A DNA stretch of 48,420 nt from Candidatus Bathyarchaeota archaeon (lineage in GTDB: Archaea > Thermoproteota > Bathyarchaeia > Bathyarchaeales > DTEX01), in assembly GCA_018396435.1 (NCBI GenBank), contig JAGTRG010000005.1, positions 1 to 48,420 on the forward strand, read 5' to 3'. The notes beneath the pieces were generated by a model. The model had not been told where the DNA came from. It did not search any database and saw nothing but the letters and a program-made list of their open reading frames with translations. The position numbers were made by a program, and so were the translations under genes. Below, in pieces: positions 17,457 through 27,786 of the stretch (positions within the stretch are counted from its first letter, which is position 1; each line of letters starts with the position of its first letter).

Positions 17457-18062
17457 CTATTCTATTTTTATCGGTTCACCCTTAGGTGCCTTCCCCTCTT
17501 TTTTCGGCAGTGTAACTTCTAATACGCCATTCTTGTATGTTGATCTAGATTGCTTCGGGTCAACAGCGCTGGGCAGCTCAACTTCTTTGTAGTACTTGCG
17601 TTGCGGCGTATCCACGCTTATCGTTAATGTGTTTTCTGTTCCATGAAGTTTTATGTCTTCCTTCTCAACGCCTGGCAATTCAGCAATAACTTTTATCTCG
17701 CCGTTGGTGCTGAAAATGTCAACCAGTGGTTCTCTCTCTTCTTTAATGGATATTGATGGTCTTCCGGGTCTTCCGCCTAAGCCTGGCTTTACGTTACCGA
17801 ACTCCCTTACTTCCGGTTTACCATCAGGTCCAATTGTGATGCTGTATCCGTATACGAAGGGTCCCCACTCCTTAATTCTTGTTCCATCTGGAAGTGTTCT
17901 CTCACGAATGAAGTCTTTAGGAACCCTCTTTGATAAATCCTCAAAGTCCCTCTCGAACATCCTCTCCATCTCCCTAAACATTTCATCTATGTCTTCAAAG
18001 AAGCTGGAGAATGGTCTGCGTCTTCTAAACCATCTGTCCCAAAATTCCTCGAACCCTGACAA
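17457..18062 (-). CDS. hsp20: archaeal small heat shock protein
   Basis: GPFVYGYSITIGPDGKP.VREFGN, AELPGV.KEDI, YKNGVLEV. Confidence 0.95.
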   Translation of the reverse strand: MSGFEEFWDRWFRRRRPFSSFFEDIDEMFREMERMFERDFEDLSKRVPKDFIRERTLPDGTRIKEWGPFVYGYSITIGPDGKPEVREFGNVKPGLGGRPGRPSISIKEEREPLVDIFSTNGEIKVIAELPGVEKEDIKLHGTENTLTISVDTPQRKYYKEVELPSAVDPKQSRSTYKNGVLEVTLPKKEGKAPKGEPIKIE

Positions 18063-18104
18063 AGCGCATCACCAATATGTATATTGCGAAAATCTCTTAA
18101 AAAC

Positions 18105-18488
18105 TTATTGGAGAATTTTAAGAATCTTCAGCATAAATATAAGTTTCCTAACGTCGTCTGCATTAACCCTGAATTCCAACCTATAGGGACAGATTTCATC
18201 CAGCATAACTTTGCCTCTTTCCAAGTTAAAAATGAGCGGATAAAGCTGGCAACCATAAGGCCTATATTTATATATTCGACATAAGCCATCATTAAGGAAA
18301 AAGCATTTCCCATCAACATTCTTAAGATGCCAGCAACCATCCATTTTCTCAGCGAAACCGTTTATCCCATAACCAAGCTTAACTATTCTATTCATGTCAA
18401 AATACGTTAGCAGCATGTTTGTCCTATGACAACATAATGAACATTTATGCTTTAAACATATGGTTCCGCTCTCAAGAGGCATCTTCAT
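18105..18488 (-). CDS. YkgJ-family cysteine cluster protein
   Basis: C..CC, CFFL....C.IY..RP.GC..YP. Confidence 0.85.
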   Translation of the reverse strand: MKMPLESGTICLKHKCSLCCHRTNMLLTYFDMNRIVKLGYGINGFAEKMDGCWHLKNVDGKCFFLNDGLCRIYKYRPYGCQLYPLIFNLERGKVMLDEICPYRLEFRVNADDVRKLIFMLKILKILQ

Positions 18489-18592
18489 CTATAAGCCGCC
18501 TAAACGCATTAGTTTTTATGCAACAATAATTTCTACAGAAGGCATTTTATATTGCTAATGCGATCTTATAATATGTTAACCGGTGGTGAATT

Positions 18593-19291
18593 TTGAGCCA
18601 AGTATATGTTGGAGCCTTAATTAGAGTTCGAACAGTTTCAGAAGCTTGGGAAAAAGCGGTGCTTAAATGCTGGGAGGAAGGGCTTGAGACTCCAACCGAA
18701 TACGGTGAAAAATCTAGGGAGATTCTAGGGCTACTCGTAGTTGTGGAGGAACCGTTTGGAAACCCGAGGATCCACAGAGGAGACTTATATGTAGCCACGA
18801 AAGGTTCTCTGCAAAAATATATCGATGAGGTTCTTGAGGGAACCCTCGACTGGGCTGTTAAGGAGGGAAAAATACATTACACCTATCATGAGCGCCTATT
18901 CAGTTATCCGCCCAATGAGATAAACCAAATAGGCTATATAGTTGAGAAGCTTAGCAAATCCATTTTCTCTAGGAGAGCTCAGGCAATAACTTGGGTGCCG
19001 GAGAAGGATATGTGGGCTGATTCTCCTCCATGCCTCCAGAGGGTTTGGTGTACAGTTAGAGATGGCAACCTAATAATGCATACGACTTGGAGGAGCCGAG
19101 ATGTATTTAGAGCCATGCACATGAACATGCTGGCTATGACGGAGCTTCAAAGGAGAATCGCTGAGAAGTTAAATGTTAATGTCGGCGCATACGTCGACTT
19201 TTCAAACAGCGCCCATCTATACGAAAAGAGCTATGGCGACGTCGAGCGCTTCGTAAGCGTGCTGAAAAGAAGGTCAGGCGGGCAATTCTAG
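18593..19291 (+). CDS. thyA: archaeal thymidylate synthase-like protein
   Basis: YTYHERL, SRRAQA, PPCLQ catalytic Cys, RSRD, SAHLYE. Confidence 0.8.
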   Translation: MSQVYVGALIRVRTVSEAWEKAVLKCWEEGLETPTEYGEKSREILGLLVVVEEPFGNPRIHRGDLYVATKGSLQKYIDEVLEGTLDWAVKEGKIHYTYHERLFSYPPNEINQIGYIVEKLSKSIFSRRAQAITWVPEKDMWADSPPCLQRVWCTVRDGNLIMHTTWRSRDVFRAMHMNMLAMTELQRRIAEKLNVNVGAYVDFSNSAHLYEKSYGDVERFVSVLKRRSGGQF

Positions 19292-19295
19292 CATA

Positions 19296-19724
19296 CTATT
19301 CGCCTAAGACATATACGTGTACTCTGCGGGTTTGAGGGCCATCCATCTCAATGAATAGAATTGACTGCCATGTGCCGAGCGCCATTCTTTCTTTCTCTAA
19401 TGGCAATGTAACGCTAGGCTTAATTAGGCAATTCAATATGTGTGCATGAGCATTTTGCTCCTGCGGTATCCAACCGTACTTAGCATTGTGATGGTAGAGG
19501 CCCTTTATAGGCACGATCTTTTCCATAGTGGTAAGAATGTCCTCCCACAGATCCGTATCATGCTCATTAACGGCTACGGAGGCTGTTGTATGCGGAACCC
19601 AAACATTTACAAGCCCATTTTTAATCCCGCTCTTCTTAACCGCTTCATCCACCCTGCTTGTTACATCTATAATCTCCATTTTCCTCGTGCTCTGAACCGA
19701 GAAGTCTGATGAATAAAACTTCAA
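19296..19724 (-). CDS. YjbQ/UPF0047 family protein
   Basis: HTTAS...NE, NAHAH, LGTWQSILF.E.DGP..R. Confidence 0.92.
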   Translation of the reverse strand: MKFYSSDFSVQSTRKMEIIDVTSRVDEAVKKSGIKNGLVNVWVPHTTASVAVNEHDTDLWEDILTTMEKIVPIKGLYHHNAKYGWIPQEQNAHAHILNCLIKPSVTLPLEKERMALGTWQSILFIEMDGPQTRRVHVYVLGE

Positions 19725-19942
19725 GGCTTCCTCCCATCCAAGATTTATGTTTAATCACTATTCTTGCTCAAAGGTCACGTTAAAAAGGTTTCGCATTTTA
19801 GAACCTAATTTGTCCATAGGCTAAATGGCGGAGAATTTAAAAGAGAGTGAGTCATATCAATGCCTTAGAATAAGTTAATGCTAATAATGCTAATGTTGCC
19901 CTTCCATTAATATTTGCGTCTTGCCGAATGGAGGATTGAAAA

Positions 19943-21052
19943 GTGGCCGATGTGGAGAAAAAATCTTTCATAGACCCTTTTGGAATAACACTGATTGAGG
20001 ACTATGAGAAACTATTCGCAGAGTTTGGTATACAATCCTTCAAGCCCCTTCTATCACAGATGCCTAACCCATCAGCCGCCATGCGAAGAGGCATAATTTT
20101 CGGACATAGGGATTTTGAGCGCATACTGGAAGCCATGAAAAAGCATAGTGAATTTGCAGTTATGAGCGGCATAAAGCCAACCGGCGAGTTCCATCTTGGA
20201 ACATTAATGACCGCACGGGAAATAATTTATTTCCAGCAGCAGGGCGCCATTGCCTTCTATTGCATCGCCGATATAGAAGCTTACGAAGATAATGGCATAT
20301 CTTTTGAGGAGAGCAAGAAAATAGCCGTAAACAATATTGCGGATATGCTTGCTTTAGGCTTCGATCCGAAGAGGGGCTACGTGTATTGCCAATCTAGGGA
20401 GGAGCGCGTTAAGGACTTAGCCATAGCTTTCAGCAGAGGCGTAACGCTAGCAACTATGAAAGCCATTTATGGGGAGCGCCATATGGGGCTTTACTTGTCA
20501 GCGCTAATTCAGGCTGGAGACATATTGCTTCCTCAAATCGAGGAGTTTGGAGGTCCAAAACCTACCGTTGTCCCAGTGGGTGTGGATCAGGACCCGCATA
20601 TACGTTTCACAAGGGATTTAGCCACTAGATTTTACGGCAAATACGGATTCATCCCGCCCTCTTCAACCTACCATAAACTCATTAAGGCTTTGGACGGCGG
20701 TTATAAGATGAGTAAGCGTGAACCCATGAGCTACTTCACTCTTGACGAGGAACCGGAAGTCATAGCCAAGAAGATCTTTTATGCATTCACCGGCGGCCGT
20801 CCCACGGCTGAGGAGCAGAGGAAGCTCGGCGGCAACCCGGAAATATGCCCAATCTATGACTTATATCTATTCCACTTCTCTGAGGACGACAAGGATATTG
20901 TTGACCTCTATAATAATTGTAAGTGCGGCAATATTTTATGCGGCGAAGATAAAGCGCACCTAACAGGGATAGTCACAAAGTTTGTTAGGGAGCATCAGCG
21001 CAAGAAAAGCCAGTACATTGATAAAGCGAGGGAAATCCTGGAGGCGGAATGA
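19943..21052 (+). CDS. trpS: tryptophanyl-tRNA synthetase
   Basis: GIKPTG.FHLG, PVGVDQDPH, KMSK, AFTGG....EEQR..GG, CG..K. Confidence 0.95.
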   Translation: MADVEKKSFIDPFGITLIEDYEKLFAEFGIQSFKPLLSQMPNPSAAMRRGIIFGHRDFERILEAMKKHSEFAVMSGIKPTGEFHLGTLMTAREIIYFQQQGAIAFYCIADIEAYEDNGISFEESKKIAVNNIADMLALGFDPKRGYVYCQSREERVKDLAIAFSRGVTLATMKAIYGERHMGLYLSALIQAGDILLPQIEEFGGPKPTVVPVGVDQDPHIRFTRDLATRFYGKYGFIPPSSTYHKLIKALDGGYKMSKREPMSYFTLDEEPEVIAKKIFYAFTGGRPTAEEQRKLGGNPEICPIYDLYLFHFSEDDKDIVDLYNNCKCGNILCGEDKAHLTGIVTKFVREHQRKKSQYIDKAREILEAE

Positions 21053-21095
21053 ATAATGGTAACCTTTTAAAACCTTTTAAGGGCTACTATATCAT

Positions 21096-22175
21096 CTAAT
21101 TTCCGAAGTATTTCCATGTCATCTTGGTGGATAAATAGCTGAGGAATATGAGGATAAAACCGAAAATTATTGCTAGGAAGGGCCCCATATTCGCTTCGTA
21201 AATGACGTATGTGGGGTGAACCGGTTCTATCCTAGTGATTTCAACCCCATATATCCAGGATGATGCCGATATAATGCTCAATGCTCCTGAAATTAATGAG
21301 CGGAGGTGTAAAATTTTTCTTCTTATATGTGTCCGGCTTATTTCTATTTCAATGGGGACAAAACCGATGAGGAGTGCTAGGGCATACGCTCTCACTGTTA
21401 CAATAACAGTTTGGCTGGACGGAAAGGGATCTGAGTCATGAATCTCAAAGCTGAAGTACTTGGAAAGGCTTATATCACTTATCCACGGTAGCCAAATCGA
21501 AATTAAAAGCAGCATCATGCATATGCCTATAACATATGTTTTTATTTCTAAGAAAAATTCCACGTTAATTTTAGAAGCTATCTTTTGAAAAATAGGCAGC
21601 TCCGCAGCTATCAAGGTGATTAAAATAGGCACTCCTCCCATTAAAAGCGCATAGGGAAATGGAGGCAATAAACTAATTATGGATCTACGCACAGTTCTAT
21701 ATATTGTAACCACTCTTAAAAACATAATAGAGTATCCCACGCTTATATCCGCATCTTCGGGAGCGTATTCAACTATAACTCCAAAAGTTTTCTCCTCACC
21801 TATAGAGAGATCATGCCCATATTGCGGGTATGTTTCATGCGGATAAGTGGTCTCGCTCGTAACATTGTGCAGCATAGGGTCAACAGCGATCTCCAAGATC
21901 CTTTCCCGTGTACGAATTGTGATCTCAAAAATAATCATTCCAGGAGTTGGATTCCTCAAGGAAACGGATAGAATTTCAAAAGGTAATGGAGATTTCAAAA
22001 GGGTAGATAGTTCGTCAGAATCTGGCTGTTCATCACGAATCATAGACACCCAGAAAACATCGTATTCCCATGCTCCGTAAGGCATGTCTACGTAAAGGAT
22101 GGGTATTAGCAGCATGGTTAAAGCTATGATGGCAAGCATCATCAAGAATGAACGTATGCGCGCTGTTTCCCCCAT
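21096..22175 (-). CDS. multi-pass membrane protein with an extracellular domain, unknown function
   Basis: 359-aa ORF with an N-terminal TM segment, a soluble beta-rich segment and about five further hydrophobic segments. Confidence 0.7.
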   Translation of the reverse strand: MGETARIRSFLMMLAIIALTMLLIPILYVDMPYGAWEYDVFWVSMIRDEQPDSDELSTLLKSPLPFEILSVSLRNPTPGMIIFEITIRTRERILEIAVDPMLHNVTSETTYPHETYPQYGHDLSIGEEKTFGVIVEYAPEDADISVGYSIMFLRVVTIYRTVRRSIISLLPPFPYALLMGGVPILITLIAAELPIFQKIASKINVEFFLEIKTYVIGICMMLLLISIWLPWISDISLSKYFSFEIHDSDPFPSSQTVIVTVRAYALALLIGFVPIEIEISRTHIRRKILHLRSLISGALSIISASSWIYGVEITRIEPVHPTYVIYEANMGPFLAIIFGFILIFLSYLSTKMTWKYFGN

Positions 22176-22353
22176 AACTCTAACACCGCTAAAGCGAATT
22201 GAAAGACCCTTTTAAGGAAAAACGTGTGGGCAGAATTAAACTTTTTGTATACAATAATTAACATACTTTTGTGAAAAGATAGTGCTTGCTTATTTTGCAT
22301 CTTAGGAAATGCTTTTTATAAGCATCCTTCAAAATATTTGTTTGGTGTTAGAA

Positions 22354-22821
22354 ATGTCTAGGAGAACCCTTAGAGTTTCAAAGATTAGGGATGGGACCGT
22401 TATCGATCATATAACTAGGGGGCACGCTTTAAACGTTATTAAGATTTTGGGGATTAATGGGCAGTCAAACGGCATCGTTACAATAGCCATGAATGTTCCA
22501 AGCCAAAAGCTGGGTGTTAAGGATATTGTGAAGATTGAAGGGCGGGAATTAAACCCGGAAGAGGTTAATAGGATTGCGCTTATAGCTCCTCATGCCACAA
22601 TTAATATAATAAGGAATTTTAAGGTTGTTGAGAAACAAAGGGTTAAACTTCCGTCAATAATACAGGGAACAATTAAGTGTACAAACCCGCCATGCATATC
22701 CAACAGCGAAAACGAACCTGTTAAACCAATTTTCTACGTTGAGAGCGAGGAACCCTTAAGGCTGAGGTGTCACTACTGTGGACATATAATGGGTAAGGAG
22801 GATATGCTGAAACAATACTAA
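22354..22821 (+). CDS. pyrI: aspartate carbamoyltransferase regulatory subunit
   Basis: L.VSKIRDGTVIDHI, KDIVKIE, C.NP.CI, C.YC; likely start ATG 22354. Confidence 0.95.
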   Translation: MSRRTLRVSKIRDGTVIDHITRGHALNVIKILGINGQSNGIVTIAMNVPSQKLGVKDIVKIEGRELNPEEVNRIALIAPHATINIIRNFKVVEKQRVKLPSIIQGTIKCTNPPCISNSENEPVKPIFYVESEEPLRLRCHYCGHIMGKEDMLKQY

Positions 22822-22850
22822 TATAAATTTAGTTCAGTGAGTGAACAATT

Positions 22851-23405
22851 TTGAAGCAGCAGCCTCGCCATATTTTTCTAACAGGTCCGCCTAGAATTGG
22901 GAAGACAACAATTGTATTAAAAGTTGTTGGTGAACTTAGAAATATGGGTCTTAAAGTAGGCGGCATGATAAGCCAGGAGATCCGCGATGGAGGAGTCAGG
23001 GTCGGCTTCAAAATAATGGATTTGAAGACCGGCTTGGAAGGCATATTGGCTCATATAGATCAGAAAAGCGGTCCCTTAGTAGGCAAATATAGGGTTTGCC
23101 TAGAGGATTTAGAGAATGTAGGTGTTGAAGCGATACTGAACGCATGTAAGGAGTCAGATTTAATCATTATAGATGAGGTTGGACCGATGGAGCTTCATTC
23201 TGAAGCATTTAAGAAGGCTGTCCTAGAAGCCCTAAACAGTGGGAAAACAGTTCTTGGAACAATACATTATAGGGTTAGTTCCCCATTTATAGATGCAATA
23301 AGAAATAGGGAAGATGTCGAAATAATTGAGGTTACGTATAGAAACAGAGACAACCTGTCTAAGACGATCGCCAAAAAGATCCTTGAGAGAACGCCTAAAC
23401 ATTAG
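22851..23405 (+). CDS. THEP1/NTPase_1 family nucleoside triphosphatase
   Basis: LTGPPRIGKTT, RVGF, VGKYRV, IIDEVGPMEL. Confidence 0.92.
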   Translation: MKQQPRHIFLTGPPRIGKTTIVLKVVGELRNMGLKVGGMISQEIRDGGVRVGFKIMDLKTGLEGILAHIDQKSGPLVGKYRVCLEDLENVGVEAILNACKESDLIIIDEVGPMELHSEAFKKAVLEALNSGKTVLGTIHYRVSSPFIDAIRNREDVEIIEVTYRNRDNLSKTIAKKILERTPKH

Positions 23406-23417
23406 GATGGATAAACC

Positions 23418-24113
23418 TTGCTAATTTGCGGGATTGACGATGCTGGACGCGGCCCGGTTATAGGTCCGCTTATCATAGCCGGTATAGTCGTTGATGAGCA
23501 CGGCTTATCAAACCTAATTAATATTGGTGTTAAGGATTCTAAAATTCTGTCGCCTAGGAGAAGGGAGCATCTAGCAGCTGAAATACTGAAGATCGCTGAG
23601 AATTATAAAATAATTAAAGTTCCGCCGTCAGTGATAGATCATGTTGTTAAAACCGGGAAAAAACTTAACCGCTTAAATAGGCTTGAAGCCCGCGTTATGG
23701 CTAATATTATAAGAGAACTTAGACCTGACATAGCCTACGTCGACGCTTCGGATGTCCTGCCTGAAAGATTTAGGCAGCATATAGCAGAAGAGATTCCATT
23801 CAAGGTTGAAATAATTTCAGAGCATAAGGCTGACAGAAAATATCCTGTTGTTTCAGCAGCGTCAATAATAGCGAAAGTGGAGAGGGATAGGGAAATCGCT
23901 GAGCTAAAAAAGAAATATGGCGATTTTGGATCAGGATATGTAGCCGACCCAAAAACAATGCAATTTTTAAGAAGATGGATTGAGAATCACGATTCCTATC
24001 CAGATTTTGTTAGGAAATCTTGGAAGACGATAAAAGCATTAATGAAGAATAAGGATAGTGGGCGTCAGAGAAGCCTGCCAATGGGGGATGCAAAGGCTAA
24101 AAAGGATCTTTAA
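23418..24113 (+). CDS. rnhB: ribonuclease HII
   Basis: GIDDAGRGPVIGP, VKDSK, HKAD..YP.VSAASIIAKV.RD, GSGY..DP. Confidence 0.95.
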   Translation: MLICGIDDAGRGPVIGPLIIAGIVVDEHGLSNLINIGVKDSKILSPRRREHLAAEILKIAENYKIIKVPPSVIDHVVKTGKKLNRLNRLEARVMANIIRELRPDIAYVDASDVLPERFRQHIAEEIPFKVEIISEHKADRKYPVVSAASIIAKVERDREIAELKKKYGDFGSGYVADPKTMQFLRRWIENHDSYPDFVRKSWKTIKALMKNKDSGRQRSLPMGDAKAKKDL

Positions 24114-24129
24114 CTAAAAAATATTATGG

Positions 24130-25290
24130 GTGTCAAAATCTCCAATGGTAAACGAAGACGAAGTCATTAATTTCCTAATTGAGCATGATGGAGAAGCTAC
24201 GCTGGATGAGGTTTCATCAGCTTTAAAAATCCCAAAATATGGGCTAAACTCCGCATATGCGCTCTTATACTCGCTTAAATCTAAAAATATTGTTGAGAGA
24301 AGAGGCGATAAATGGGTTATAATCGAGCAGAAGCAACCCCCAGTTTCTTCCCCTAAACCCGTCGAGGAAGCCGTGAAAGCGGTGGCAAAAACCTTCAAGG
24401 AAGCATCTCTAATTCAGGGTCAAGGTGAAATTCCCTCCGCATCGTTAGATTTTCAAGGTGAGGTAAAGCAGGAAAAACATTTAGCTCCCGCAGAATACTG
24501 CATCATAAAGCCCGATAAGTCGTATGAAATGCTTAAAAACATTAGAATCCTGGAGAGCGGGACGGTTTTAGATATGCTTTTTCTTGGACCTAGCGGCGAA
24601 GCACTTGGCGGGATTCCATCTTCAGGGCAATTTATTATCATTGGGCCGTTAGGCGCTGGCAAGAGCCTAATTGTCAGCGAGGCCGCTCTTAGGGTCGCCG
24701 GCTCCGGATTAAAAGTTCTCTACGTATCACTTGATGATTTTTGGAGATTTGAGTCTCAAGGATTCGACCTTCAGTCCCGGATGTTTCTTAAGGCTAAAGT
24801 TCACGGCTTAAACTGGGGTAAGATAATTGAAAATTTGCGCATATTAGATCAGCGATTGATAAATGAATCCTTTGAGGAGAACTATAAGCAGCTAGTTGCT
24901 GATGAAAAAATCTCGTTAGCAATATTCGACTCATTAAATGGGCTTCAATCATGCATAGGGGAAGCAAAAAGATTTCATGAAACATTAAGAGGCATTATTC
25001 AAACCAACAAGGTTTATGGTGCCGCAGGACTTTTCACTGCACATTTGAACCCGTCGCAATATGATCCGAACGTTATGCCTGAAGCAGCTAATTTCCTAGC
25101 GCACTTAATGGATGGGATAATCGCGGTTGCAAACATGCAGATAAATATTCCGGGTTTAAAAACAAACATCAAAGGGTCTAGCAGGCTAAGGGTTATATGG
25201 GTCTTAAACTGTCAGCTCTGCAGCTTTGAAGAAAACGGCATCTTGATCGGCATAACACACGATGGGTCAATTCAGCTGATTGAACCCTAA
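24130..25290 (+). CDS. N-terminal wHTH fused to a KaiC/RadA-like (aRadC) ATPase domain
   Basis: wHTH-like first 65 aa; SG..LD.L....GGIP, Walker A GPLGAGKS, Walker B AIFDS, HLMDGII. Confidence 0.75.
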   Translation: MSKSPMVNEDEVINFLIEHDGEATLDEVSSALKIPKYGLNSAYALLYSLKSKNIVERRGDKWVIIEQKQPPVSSPKPVEEAVKAVAKTFKEASLIQGQGEIPSASLDFQGEVKQEKHLAPAEYCIIKPDKSYEMLKNIRILESGTVLDMLFLGPSGEALGGIPSSGQFIIIGPLGAGKSLIVSEAALRVAGSGLKVLYVSLDDFWRFESQGFDLQSRMFLKAKVHGLNWGKIIENLRILDQRLINESFEENYKQLVADEKISLAIFDSLNGLQSCIGEAKRFHETLRGIIQTNKVYGAAGLFTAHLNPSQYDPNVMPEAANFLAHLMDGIIAVANMQINIPGLKTNIKGSSRLRVIWVLNCQLCSFEENGILIGITHDGSIQLIEP

Positions 25291-25298
25291 ATAAAAGC

Positions 25299-25631
25299 CT
25301 AGTTCTGAGATGATTTAGGTTTTAAATATTCGATTCTCATCTGGATTCTAGATTTTTCTTCAGCGCAACCTCTTATCTTCCTCTCTATCTCGTTTTTCCT
25401 AGATTCCATTTCCCTTCTCCGTCTGGATATAGCGTTAAATTTTATCTCCAGCTGGCTATACTTGTATGGATCACGGCACTTCCTCATTTCCTCAATTATT
25501 TTATTCTCCTCATCCAAAATGGCTGAATATTTCTCCTCAATTTCTCCCCTTTGAGCCTCTAGATGAGCTAAGGTTTTATCAATCATCTTTAGTTCTTCTT
25601 TAAGTTTCTCTAAAATAGTTGTTTGTGACAT
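25299..25631 (-). CDS. small coiled-coil protein, unknown function
   Basis: 110-aa ORF rich in E/K/R heptads. Confidence 0.7.
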   Translation of the reverse strand: MSQTTILEKLKEELKMIDKTLAHLEAQRGEIEEKYSAILDEENKIIEEMRKCRDPYKYSQLEIKFNAISRRRREMESRKNEIERKIRGCAEEKSRIQMRIEYLKPKSSQN

Positions 25632-25674
25632 ATTTGCGAAAATTTAATAACACATTAATAAACCTGTCGGATCT

Positions 25675-27054
25675 CTATTTTCTTGAACCTTGCTCCAGAA
25701 GCTTCTCAAACCACTCTATATCCTCATCCTCAATCCGCTTGTATTCAGCTATTATCCTATCTATTGTCTCCACCTCCTCCTCGAAGATTTCCCTAAGCTC
25801 CTCCTCGAATTTTGCAGGGTACTTATAGGGCTCTTGGATGGTTAGGTAGAGTAATCCGGATACTAACCTGCCTATTATGGATATTAGATAAACCGTCATC
25901 ATGGATTCTTCAAAACCTAGGCCAGCGCCCATAAAGAGGTCAAGCATGTAGCCTCCAGTTACTGAGCCGAGGAACGTTAAGGATCCAGCTATGGCATTAT
26001 ATATGCTTATGTACGAACCCCTCATGCTTCTAGGCGATATATCCAAGAGATATGCTGAGAGAGCAACATCTGAGGAGGCCATAAGTATGCCGACGATAAA
26101 ATTCACTATTATCAATTCGTTTACTGTTCTTGCAATGGCGTATATAAGTGGTATGAGGAAAAGTCCCATCCTGCCTAATACTATAAGTGGTTTCCTTCCA
26201 GCTCTGTCGGCTATTCTGCCTGTAAACCTGCGAACTATTATCGCTGTTGAGGCGCTGACAATATTTAGGAGGGATATTTGAAACATGTCTGCCTTAACAA
26301 TTTTTACAACTGTTATTGTGAAAAGAGGCCAAGCTAAACCCATGGTGAAACCCTGTATCGTTGAAAGCATGCATAATCTTTTAAAATAAGGGTTTGTTCT
26401 AAGGGCTTTAGCCCAGCCTTTAATGGAGAAGGTTTCCTCATACGAGGGTTCGCTCTTAATTTTCAGCGTTATTAATGCGGCAATTAAGCTAAAAATGAAG
26501 CATAGAATTATGGGTACCCTGTACATTTCTTCAACTTCCCCGCCGATTCGATAGAGAATGTAGCCGGAGATGATTGTTGCTGGCATGCTTCCCATAGAGG
26601 CCATGGCGTTGAGCTTAGCCAAGGTTTTTCCTCTGCCAATCCTGCTTGAGTAATCGCCTATGAGAGAGTTTAATGCAGGTATGGACATTGCCGATAATAT
26701 GTAGGACAATAGAATGATCATGATGAACTCAGTTATGCCGCTTACTTGCAGTAATAGCAGCAGCGCTAAAGCGTACAGGAGGCTGCTCAAAAATATAAAT
26801 GGCTTTCTCCGCTTAACTCTATCTACAACAAGTCCCCAAGGTATCTGGGACATGCTAGGTGAAACCGAGTTTATTGCCTGAACTAGTCCTATTTCTACGG
26901 GCGAGGCGCCAAGCTGCGCTGCGTAGATCGGTATGAAGGGACCTATAAGTCCGCTCCCGAAGGAAGCTAAGAAGGTCCTTCTAAGCAGTATTTTTAAGCC
27001 CTGATTTACATCATCTTCAAATTTCTGCCCGCTCATTTTATTAAGATGATTCAT
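25675..27054 (-). CDS. MFS transporter
   Basis: About 12 hydrophobic segments; motif A copies WGLVVDRVKRRK and GRIADRAGRK. Confidence 0.92.
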   Translation of the reverse strand: MNHLNKMSGQKFEDDVNQGLKILLRRTFLASFGSGLIGPFIPIYAAQLGASPVEIGLVQAINSVSPSMSQIPWGLVVDRVKRRKPFIFLSSLLYALALLLLLQVSGITEFIMIILLSYILSAMSIPALNSLIGDYSSRIGRGKTLAKLNAMASMGSMPATIISGYILYRIGGEVEEMYRVPIILCFIFSLIAALITLKIKSEPSYEETFSIKGWAKALRTNPYFKRLCMLSTIQGFTMGLAWPLFTITVVKIVKADMFQISLLNIVSASTAIIVRRFTGRIADRAGRKPLIVLGRMGLFLIPLIYAIARTVNELIIVNFIVGILMASSDVALSAYLLDISPRSMRGSYISIYNAIAGSLTFLGSVTGGYMLDLFMGAGLGFEESMMTVYLISIIGRLVSGLLYLTIQEPYKYPAKFEEELREIFEEEVETIDRIIAEYKRIEDEDIEWFEKLLEQGSRK

Positions 27055-27163
27055 AGTCTCCTATAAATAAATCTACATGCGAAGCAAATATATGAGACTG
27101 AGAATATAAGTAGCTGCTAAATTGGGAGGTTCCAATGTCGCCTGAATAGTCCCTAAAACAGAG

Positions 27164-27745
27164 GTGTGCTACACTTTGAGGGAGGAGATTGAGAAAAGGG
27201 TCTTAAGGGTTTTGATAAACACGGGACTAATAATCCTAATAGGGTTAGCGCTGAGCTTTTTAAATATAAGCCTTCCATCTATCCTGACAATAATACCGAC
27301 TGGAAGTTTTTCATTAACGGTTTTCATCTCTTTAATCATAATTGTAGTGCTATTTTTTACGGCCTTAAGAATCACATTAGACTTGATAAGGCTGATGGAC
27401 GCTGTCTCAACTTCGTTTTTAAGGCGCATACCTGGCTTTAATCCTGAGAAGGGTCCATCAATAGTTAGGGCGCTAAAAGAGTTATTAGCGGTCTTCGCCA
27501 TAACTATATGCGTATCCCTCATTTCGCCATTAATTGCATCCATTCCTAGAGTAGGCGGATGGCTGAGCATAACGCTCTCAATAGCTGCATTCGCCTTTTC
27601 CGCGATATTAATGTATGATGCTGGCAGAACCATGTATGCAGCGTTTGAGTCTTCGATACAAATTTTAGTTGACCGTATAGTAGCGCATATTAACGGTAAT
27701 GAAGCGGAGGAAAAGAAAAATAATGTGGATGTAAGCAAGAACTGA
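27164..27745 (+). CDS. 4-TM membrane protein, unknown function (start possibly TTG 27176)
   Basis: Four hydrophobic segments; GAGGTG SD upstream of TTG 27176. Confidence 0.75.
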   Translation: MCYTLREEIEKRVLRVLINTGLIILIGLALSFLNISLPSILTIIPTGSFSLTVFISLIIIVVLFFTALRITLDLIRLMDAVSTSFLRRIPGFNPEKGPSIVRALKELLAVFAITICVSLISPLIASIPRVGGWLSITLSIAAFAFSAILMYDAGRTMYAAFESSIQILVDRIVAHINGNEAEEKKNNVDVSKN

Positions 27746-27786
27746 ATAATTTATCTTTTTTCAAGTATCTTCAGATTTAAAAAGCC

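Noticed and set aside
23418-23450. RNase HII DDAGRG instead of DEAGRG
   Set aside because: Conservative change that I recall as common in related archaeal lineages
27169-27738. 189-aa antisense ORF, plus other long shadow ORFs such as 30442-31392 and 17653-18186
   Set aside because: They overlap well-supported genes on the opposite strand and lack motifs
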